From Thermoanaerobaculia bacterium (lineage in GTDB: Bacteria; Acidobacteriota; Thermoanaerobaculia; UBA5066), in NCBI GenBank assembly GCA_963821225.1, contig CAWGCY010000006.1:275217-339216 (forward strand): 64,000 nt of DNA, written 5' to 3'. Both the position numbers and the translations under genes were made by a program. The first letter of the stretch is position 1. Every line of letters begins with the position of its first letter. Positions 57,265 through 64,000 of this stretch are shown here, one piece after another. The notes under the pieces were generated by a model, which saw only the letters and a program-made list of their open reading frames with translations, made no database searches and was not told where the DNA came from.

Positions 57265-59295
57265 CTACAAAGCATCTCGAGCGGACAGGACGATCCTGCT
57301 GTCCACGACCGTCAGACCCTTTTCGTGCACGATGACCGGATTCAGGTCCATCTCGTCGATCTCGGGATGTCGCGTCACGAGGCCGGAGACCTGAACGAGC
57401 AGCCGGCGGAGCGCCGCGACGTCGGCAGGCTTTCGTCCGCGCACACCCTCGAGCAGCTTCGCTCCCCGGGTTTCTCCGATCATCTCCGAGGCGTCCTTCT
57501 CGGAGAGGGGAACGATCCGGAAGGCGACGTCGCGGAAGACCTCGACGAGGGTGCCGCCGATTCCGAACATCACGGCATGGCCGAACTGGAGGTCGCGCGT
57601 CACGCCTACAATGATCTCGAGTCCGGGCGCAGCCATCGCGCTCACGAGCACGCCGGCGGATCGCGCCCCGACCCGTCGCACGACGCCCTCGAGGTCGTGA
57701 AAGGCCTTTCGGACTCCCGCCTCGTCTTTCACGTTCAGAAGGACACCTCCAACGTCGCTCTTGTGCGTCACGTCCGGAGAATTCATCTTGACGGCGACGG
57801 GATAGCCGATTGCGCGGGCGGCGGCGACAGCCTCGTCCTCGCTAACCGCCTGCCGTGAAGGCACGACACCCATCCCCTCTCGGGCGAGAAATGCCATGGA
57901 ATCGGCAGGGGTGAGCGACTTCCCCGTTCCTGGCGGAGCCGCGGGAGCGGAAGGCTGCTCGGGTTCCTGCGGGAAGCGATCCCGGGCGAAGCGGACATGG
58001 CAGGAATAGGCTTTGACGGCTCGGTCCGGCGTGGGAAAGACGGCGATCCCCTTCTCGTGAAGGAGTAACCGCTCGGCGCGCTCGACGTCAGCGCCGCCGA
58101 GATACGCCACGAGGTCGGGCTGTCCCGGCTCCAGGGCGTTCGAGGCGCCCGGGATCGGGTCCCCGAAGATCGTCAGGACGACGTCGTAGTGATTCCGCGC
58201 CTTCGCGATGACTTTGCGGAAGCACTCCGCATCGCCGTCGCCCGTGAGGTCGAGCGGGTTTCCGACGATGAAGTGGGAGGGCAGAAACTCCCGCAGCTGC
58301 GCTGCAAGGGGAGAGGGCAGCTGGCTGATCCGGAACCCGTTGTCCGCCGCGACGTCCGTGGCGATGATCGCGGATCCCCCGGAGCTCGTGACGATGAGCA
58401 TCCGGGGTCCGGCGGGAGCCGGCACGTAGGCCAGAGCTTTGGAGAAGTCGTAGAGCTCCTCGAGGGACGTCGCGCGGTGGATGCCGAATTGCCGGAAGAC
58501 GGCGTCGAAGATCTCATCCTTTCCGGCGAGCGAGCGGGTGTGCGATTCGGCGGCCTTACGCCCCTGCTCGGTCCTTCCTGACTTGAAGACCACGATGGGC
58601 TTCCGGCATGCCCGGACGGCGGACAGGAAGCGCGGAGCGTCCTTCACGCCTTCGATGTACAGCGTGATCACTTTCGTGTTCGGATCAGCGCCGAAGAACT
58701 CGATCAGGTCGGCCTCGTCGACGTCGATTCTGTTCCCCATGCTCACGAACGCCGAGAAGCCGAGTCTCTCCTCGGCAGCCCAGTCGATCAGGGCCGCCCC
58801 GACGGTCCCGCTCTGCGAGGCGATGGCCATGGCGCCCTTTCGGGTGATCAGCGGCCACGACGCGCAGAGGCCGTGGTGCGGATAGTTCACGCCCTGACAG
58901 TTCGGCCCGACCACGCGGATTCCGCACCGAGCTGCGTTCTGCTTGACCTCCTCCTGCAGGCGGGCGCCTTCCGACCCCGATTCGGCGAAGCCTCCTGTGA
59001 TCACGATGGCCGCCCGAACCTTCCGCTCGCCGAGCTGGAGGATGGTTCCGGGGACGGATGCCGCCGGAACGATGACGACGGCCAGATCGGTGCCGGACGG
59101 GATGTCGTTCACCGATTTGACGGACGGGACTCCGAGGATCGTCTCTCCCTTGGGATTCACGGGGATGACCGGACCGCCGAAGCCCGCGTCGAGGATGTTC
59201 TTGAAGATTGTGAACCCCAGTTTGCCCGGCTTTGCGGAGGCGCCGATGACCGCCATGGCATTGGGGCGAAAAAGCGCCTGCAGGGAGTCACTCAT
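57265..59295 (-). CDS. ADP-forming acetate/acyl-CoA ligase (fused alpha-beta)
   Basis: VIGASAKPGKLG, GPNCQG, SQSG, AAESHT phospho-His, NPLDLTG, ATP-grasp HKSDVGGV, DLNP; no GNAT domain. Confidence 0.9.
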   Translation of the reverse strand: MSDSLQALFRPNAMAVIGASAKPGKLGFTIFKNILDAGFGGPVIPVNPKGETILGVPSVKSVNDIPSGTDLAVVIVPAASVPGTILQLGERKVRAAIVITGGFAESGSEGARLQEEVKQNAARCGIRVVGPNCQGVNYPHHGLCASWPLITRKGAMAIASQSGTVGAALIDWAAEERLGFSAFVSMGNRIDVDEADLIEFFGADPNTKVITLYIEGVKDAPRFLSAVRACRKPIVVFKSGRTEQGRKAAESHTRSLAGKDEIFDAVFRQFGIHRATSLEELYDFSKALAYVPAPAGPRMLIVTSSGGSAIIATDVAADNGFRISQLPSPLAAQLREFLPSHFIVGNPLDLTGDGDAECFRKVIAKARNHYDVVLTIFGDPIPGASNALEPGQPDLVAYLGGADVERAERLLLHEKGIAVFPTPDRAVKAYSCHVRFARDRFPQEPEQPSAPAAPPGTGKSLTPADSMAFLAREGMGVVPSRQAVSEDEAVAAARAIGYPVAVKMNSPDVTHKSDVGGVLLNVKDEAGVRKAFHDLEGVVRRVGARSAGVLVSAMAAPGLEIIVGVTRDLQFGHAVMFGIGGTLVEVFRDVAFRIVPLSEKDASEMIGETRGAKLLEGVRGRKPADVAALRRLLVQVSGLVTRHPEIDEMDLNPVIVHEKGLTVVDSRIVLSARDAL

Positions 59296-59367
59296 GTCGC
59301 TCCTCGAGATCGTGCTCGGCGAAGTCTATCCCGGCGGGGTGGTACGAGCGGCTAGACTCGTCGTCTG

Positions 59368-61260
59368 GTGTTGAGAGACCAGAGTCGCGCGGGTGAGAGT
59401 CCCTCTCCTGTCTCGATCTCGAGGCAGGAGATCCTCCGGGACCTGGAGAAGCTGATCCGGGATGGCGCTCTCTTCGGTGCCGACCGCGATCCGTCGATCA
59501 TGGACGCCGCCGAGTTCGACCGGGCGGTCGTCAAGAAGAAGGGGAAGGGAAGCCGGTTTCTCATCAGGAAGGTTCCCCGGAAGTCGAAGCTGCTGAGGCG
59601 GTGGGCGCGCCTCTTCGAGAACGCGGTCTCGCCCTGTGCGCTCCTCGACGCGCTCTCCGCCAGGATCCACGAGTTCGAGCACCGGGAGAAACTGCTCCTC
59701 TTCAGCAGGGACCGGATCATCTATGACACGGAGATCTTCCAGGCGGAGGAGAGCGTCGGCGAGCTGACGGTCAGTTTCGCATCCCTGCGGGACCCGGCCG
59801 CCGGGTTGCGCGGTTACTTTTCGGGCGAAAGGCTGCGGATCGTCTACATCGAGCACATCCACCTGACGGCGCAGAAGTCGGGATACGCCTCGGCTCTCTT
59901 CCGGCACTACGAGCGGCTTTTTCACGACCTCGGGTTCAACCAGTTCCGGCTCAGCGCCGCCCTCTCCGTCGGCAGGTATTACTGGGCCCAGGAGGGATTC
60001 GATTTCTCGGACAAATCGGAGGCCGGCAGGAGGAAGGCGGAGCTGAGAGCTCTCGTGAAGGAAAGGGACCTTCCCGTCCGGGAGGTTGAGATCGGACGTC
60101 TCAACCACGCCTACGATTTCGCCCGCTTCAGGAGAGAGCTAAAGATTCCCGCCTACCGCGACGCGGAAGGCGCTTACTCGTCGAAGGCCGACGCCCGCTT
60201 TAGCGAGGAAGTCTCCCTGCCGCTCGGGAAGGCGTTTCTTCTCTGCTCGGCGCCCTGGGAGGGGTACAAGACGATTTACACGAACACTCCGCGGATAACC
60301 GGCTTCGTGACCTCCAGGGATTATCTCTCGCACCGAACGCGCAGGGGCCACGTCGAGAGCCCCGGGCGGCTCCGCACGCTCCTCAAGGCGATCGACAAGC
60401 AGCGCCCGAGAAGGAGCCTCGTCGAGCTTTCGCCATACGTTCCCGACCTCGAGTTCCTCCAGGGGATCCACTCGGCGGAGTACCTGGCGAAATTTCGTGA
60501 GAGTGTCCGGAGGGGCGAGAAGGTTTTCTCCACGGCGGACTGCTCGATTTCCGCAGCGAGCTTCGACGTTGCGCTCCTGGCGGCGGGCGGGGTGATGGCG
60601 GGCGTGGACGCGGTCCTGAACGGGAGGGTCGACAACGTGTTCTGCGCCGTCCGGCCTCCCGGCCATCACGCGGGACGGGATTCCGCGATGGGCTTCTGTT
60701 TCATCAACAACGTCGCGGTGGGCGCGCTCTACGCGAGGGCGGTCTACGGCGTGGAGAAAATCTTCATCCTGGACTGGGACGTCCATCACGGAAACGGAAC
60801 GCAGGAGATCTTCGAGGGCGACCCCCTGACCTACTACTGCAGCCTCCACGAGCATCCGACGTTCTGCTTTCCCGGTACGGGCCGGAGGACGGAGCGAGGG
60901 ACGGGGGCGGGCGCGGGCTTCACAATGAACCTGCCTCTGAAGCCGCACACCAGGGACGAGGAGCTGATGGAGATCTTCGAGCGAGAAGTCGTCCCGGAGA
61001 TCGAGCGCTTCGAGCCCGACCTGATCATGATCTCGGCGGGCTTCGACGCGCACGAAAGGGACCCCATCGCCGACCTCGATCTCACGGAGAAGTCCTTTGT
61101 CCACATGACACGAAGAGTCTGCGAGCTGGCGGATCGATATTGCGGGGGCCGGATCGTGTCGGTCCTGGAAGGAGGGTACGACGGTCCCGCCCTCGCCTCG
61201 TCGGCCCTCGTTCACCTGAAGATTCTTCAGGGAAGGAGTGAAGAATGTTCGTCGGAATAA
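59368..61260 (+). CDS. Zn-dependent deacetylase (HDAC family) with N-terminal GNAT-like extension
   Basis: C-terminal half: RPPGHHA, GFCFINN, DWDVHHGNGT, SAGFDAH, LEGGY. N-terminal half: QKSGYASALF...VGRYYWAQEGF. Confidence 0.85.
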   Translation: MLRDQSRAGESPSPVSISRQEILRDLEKLIRDGALFGADRDPSIMDAAEFDRAVVKKKGKGSRFLIRKVPRKSKLLRRWARLFENAVSPCALLDALSARIHEFEHREKLLLFSRDRIIYDTEIFQAEESVGELTVSFASLRDPAAGLRGYFSGERLRIVYIEHIHLTAQKSGYASALFRHYERLFHDLGFNQFRLSAALSVGRYYWAQEGFDFSDKSEAGRRKAELRALVKERDLPVREVEIGRLNHAYDFARFRRELKIPAYRDAEGAYSSKADARFSEEVSLPLGKAFLLCSAPWEGYKTIYTNTPRITGFVTSRDYLSHRTRRGHVESPGRLRTLLKAIDKQRPRRSLVELSPYVPDLEFLQGIHSAEYLAKFRESVRRGEKVFSTADCSISAASFDVALLAAGGVMAGVDAVLNGRVDNVFCAVRPPGHHAGRDSAMGFCFINNVAVGALYARAVYGVEKIFILDWDVHHGNGTQEIFEGDPLTYYCSLHEHPTFCFPGTGRRTERGTGAGAGFTMNLPLKPHTRDEELMEIFEREVVPEIERFEPDLIMISAGFDAHERDPIADLDLTEKSFVHMTRRVCELADRYCGGRIVSVLEGGYDGPALASSALVHLKILQGRSEECSSE

Positions 61261-61895
61261 GGATGACGCGGAACGTGATCACGGTCTCCCGAGGGGACAC
61301 CTTGAAGTTTGCGAGCAATCTTCTGCACGAAAACCGGATCCACCAGCTCCCGGTCGTCGAAGGCGAGGAGTTGATCGGTTTCGTGTCGGGTACCGATATA
61401 CGCAACTCGACGTTCGAGGAGACGACGGTTTCCGGGACCGGCAAGATCGTCGTGAAGAACAAGACCGTCGAGGAGATCATGACGCGCGAGGTGATCACGG
61501 TGAGCCCGTGGGACACGGTCGAGGACGCGCTCCTGATCTTCCACAAGAGGAGACTGGGCGCCGTGCCGGTCGTGGAAGGAAAGAAGCTGGTGGGGATCAT
61601 CACGAAGGCGGACGTGCTCGCGGCGTTCTGCGACACCCTCAGGATCCAAGAGCCCGGGGTGAGAATCGAGGTGCTCCTCCCTCGCGAAGCCGGCTCCCTC
61701 ATTCACCTCGTGAAGAAGCTCGGGGAACTGAAGACCGAGATCCGGAGCCTGATCCTCTCTCCATTGAGGGACGGCTTCGTTGCCTTCATCCGGATCTCGA
61801 CGATCGACGTGGCGGCGGTGAAGAATGCGCTCAAAGACGCGGGCTTCACCGTTCCGGAACTCGCGGATTTTCTCGGGGGGACCGGCGAACGATAG
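61245..61895 (+). CDS. acuB: CBS-pair + ACT protein (AcuB-like)
   Basis: IHQLPVV, GAVPVV..LVGIIT, ACT-like C-terminus; overlaps the upstream stop. Confidence 0.82.
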   Translation: MFVGIRMTRNVITVSRGDTLKFASNLLHENRIHQLPVVEGEELIGFVSGTDIRNSTFEETTVSGTGKIVVKNKTVEEIMTREVITVSPWDTVEDALLIFHKRRLGAVPVVEGKKLVGIITKADVLAAFCDTLRIQEPGVRIEVLLPREAGSLIHLVKKLGELKTEIRSLILSPLRDGFVAFIRISTIDVAAVKNALKDAGFTVPELADFLGGTGER

Positions 61896-61913
61896 AGAGA
61901 CTCGAGGTGTTAC

Positions 61914-62543
61914 ATGTTGATTCGAGACATCATGCGGAGCCCGGCCCTGGCCATCTCCGCGGATACGACGCTCCAGGATGCCTACCGGACGATGCGGGAG
62001 CACGGCATCCGGCACTTGCCGGTGCTCGAGGGCGAAAAGCTCGTCGGGGTGGTCACGGACCGCGATCTGAGGCTGGCGACCAGCTCGCTCGCGCCCTCAC
62101 CATTCTCGCCTGACAGCCGGGTCTCCGCGGTCATGTCTCAAGCGCCGCTGACGGCGGATGCCGCCGACCCGGTCGAGGACGCCGCACGCACGATGCGGGA
62201 GCGGAAGATCGGCTGCCTCCCGGTCCTGGACGACGGGCGGTTGATCGGGATCGTCACGGGCCTCGATCTGCTGGACGCGTTGGTGCGACTGACGGGCGTG
62301 CACAAGCCCTCGGGCCGCCTGGAAGTGCGCCTTCCCGACCATCCAGGCGAGCTCGCCCGGCTCACGAGCTTCGTCAGCCACCGCGATCTGAACGTCCACT
62401 CGATCTTGACCTATCCCGATGGTCCCGACTCGATTCGGACGGTCCTGCGCATCGGCTCGATCGAGACCGGGCTGCTCGCGCAGGACCTGCGCCGAGCCGG
62501 GTTCGACGTGCTTTGGCCCCCGGAGAAGCCGTGCCCTCGGTGA
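61914..62543 (+). CDS. acuB: CBS-pair + ACT protein (AcuB-like)
   Basis: IRHLPVL..LVGVVTDRDL, KIGCLPV, LPDHPGEL, NVHSILTYP, VLWP. Confidence 0.87.
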   Translation: MLIRDIMRSPALAISADTTLQDAYRTMREHGIRHLPVLEGEKLVGVVTDRDLRLATSSLAPSPFSPDSRVSAVMSQAPLTADAADPVEDAARTMRERKIGCLPVLDDGRLIGIVTGLDLLDALVRLTGVHKPSGRLEVRLPDHPGELARLTSFVSHRDLNVHSILTYPDGPDSIRTVLRIGSIETGLLAQDLRRAGFDVLWPPEKPCPR

Positions 62544-63670
62544 TCTACGCTCCCGCCTACCGGACGTACTCCTTCGGCGACGAGCATCCGTTCAGCCCTG
62601 TGCGAACCGACATGGTGCTCGATCTCCTGGGTGCGCTCGGGCACCGCGTCGAGACCGTCGAACCAAAGCCGGCGACGCGGGAGGATCTCCTCGACGTGCA
62701 CCAGGATGTGTACGTCTGCCGGGTGGAGAAACTGAGCGCGGGCGCTCTGGTCGTCGACGGACAGGAATACGGGCTGGGCACACAGGACACCCCCTCGTTT
62801 CCGGGTATGGACGAGGCGGCCAGGTGGATCGTCGGGGGCACCCTGCATGGCGCGCGCCTGATCTCGGAAGGGCGAGAGAAGCGCGTCCTTCAGCTCGGAG
62901 GGGGGCTGCATCACGCGCGCGGCAGGTTTGCGTCGGGTTTCTGCATCTACAACGACCTCGCAATCGCGATCAACTCCCTCACGCGGAAGGGACTGAAGGT
63001 GGCCTATCTCGACATCGACGTCCACCACGCCGACGGCGTTCAAGAGATCCTCTACGAGGATCCACGCGTCTTGACCGTGAGCCTTCACGAGTCGGGCAAA
63101 TACCTCTTCCCGGGGACCGGCGAGATTCGCGAGCTCGGCTCAGGAGCCGCCCGTGGCCTGAAGCTGAACCTGCCGCTGGAGCCGTTCACCGAAGGCGAGA
63201 GCTACCTGGAAGTTCTCGAGAAGGTGACCCCGGCCGCCCTGCGGTACTTTCGCCCCGACGTGCTCGTGGTCCAGGCGGGAGCGGACGCGCATTTCGACGA
63301 TCCGCTCTCCGATCTCATGCTGACCACGCGCGATTACGAGGTGATCTTCAGGCGAATCCTGGCCTGGGCGGACGAGTTCACCGCGGGCCGGGTGCTGTTC
63401 ACGCTGGGAGGCGGCTACTCCTTCCGCGCGGCGCCGCGCGTGTGGGCGATCCTCTACCTCGTGATGCACGACGTCGATGTGGTGCAGGAGCTTCCGGAGT
63501 CCTGGCGAAGCAGATGGAGCCACACTTCCGAAAGCGGGCTCCCGCGCACATTGCACGATCCGAATCCGTCGCACGCCGACATTGCCAACCGCTACGAGAT
63601 TTCACACCGCAACCGGCAGGTGGCCGAGAGGCTCCTGGACCTGACGCGGCAATACTGGTTCCCCAAGTAA
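62531..63670 (+). CDS. acuC: AcuC-type protein lysine deacetylase
   Basis: YSFGDEHPFSPVR, GGGLHHA, SGFCIYND, DIDVHHADG, GADAH, GGGY. Start 62531 or 62540. Confidence 0.9.
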   Translation: MPSVIYAPAYRTYSFGDEHPFSPVRTDMVLDLLGALGHRVETVEPKPATREDLLDVHQDVYVCRVEKLSAGALVVDGQEYGLGTQDTPSFPGMDEAARWIVGGTLHGARLISEGREKRVLQLGGGLHHARGRFASGFCIYNDLAIAINSLTRKGLKVAYLDIDVHHADGVQEILYEDPRVLTVSLHESGKYLFPGTGEIRELGSGAARGLKLNLPLEPFTEGESYLEVLEKVTPAALRYFRPDVLVVQAGADAHFDDPLSDLMLTTRDYEVIFRRILAWADEFTAGRVLFTLGGGYSFRAAPRVWAILYLVMHDVDVVQELPESWRSRWSHTSESGLPRTLHDPNPSHADIANRYEISHRNRQVAERLLDLTRQYWFPK

Positions 63671-63696
63671 GACAAGACGCGAACCGGTGCGCGCGC

Positions 63697-64000
63697 TCAA
63701 GACTTCGGCGCGATCACCCGTCCCGCGGCCCTCTCGCGTGGATAGAGAAGGACGTGTCGTCCACTCTGGATCTGGAAGATGCCCACTTCGTAACGCCGAG
63801 GGTCCCCGTGCTCGTCGAACTGCAGCCGCTCGAGTGGAAGCAGGAGGTCGGTTTTGCGAAGCGCGTCGCGGACCGCCTCCCGTTCCGGAGGGGCCGACGT
63901 GCGAGAAGCCCTCTCCAGCGCCGCCAGAACCGCGCGCGCCGCCGTGTATCCGTACATGCTGAGCGGCGCCGGAGGATGTTTGAACTCCCGGACGAATCCG
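63697..64000 (-). CDS. C-terminus of a LivK-type ABC substrate-binding protein (5' end outside the window)
   Basis: MYGYTAARAVLAAL...REAVRDALRK...LQFDEHG...QIQSG...LYP. Confidence 0.7.
   Translation of the reverse strand, partial: GFVREFKHPPAPLSMYGYTAARAVLAALERASRTSAPPEREAVRDALRKTDLLLPLERLQFDEHGDPRRYEVGIFQIQSGRHVLLYPRERAAGRVIAPKS

Noticed and set aside
57265-59295. Pat/YfiQ-type protein acetyltransferase
   Set aside because: No GNAT domain is fused and the phospho-accepting His (SHT) is retained.

Overview
High-GC bacterial chromosomal window. Gene content (TonB receptor, DUF1579, DUF4388, DUF2891, PD40 propeller) suggests a diderm soil or sediment lineage such as Acidobacteriota, but that is an inference. 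I found no rRNA, tRNA, CRISPR array or transposase. The core is a putative anaerobic oxalate-catabolism island. It has two paralogous TPP-dependent oxalate oxidoreductase (OOR)-type operons, recognised by the YPIRP, RTLDPPGDFG and HGPQ signatures, each next to a near-identical GntR/FadR regulator and a shared TGGTCGAACCA operator. Copy 2 (24.7-28.0 kb) has a stand-alone ferredoxin delta subunit. It is followed by a TctCBA transporter, an SDR/epimerase and a Ca2+-type P-ATPase, and preceded by a CDC48-like AAA+ ATPase. In copy 1 (7.7-12.5 kb) a whole GltD/DsrL-like FAD/NAD(P) oxidoreductase module sits inside the delta subunit, suggesting a pyridine-nucleotide-coupled OOR. PPDK, malic enzyme and a TPP-riboswitch-controlled TonB receptor lie nearby. 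At 41-50 kb is an uncharacterised operon: porin, OFA-family MFS, a pair of family III CoA-transferases, four small proteins and an acyl-CoA ligase. At 57-64 kb is an acuABC-like acetylation module containing an apparent GNAT-deacetylase fusion, divergent from an ADP-forming acyl-CoA ligase. All family calls come from motif recognition by eye; no database searches were run.
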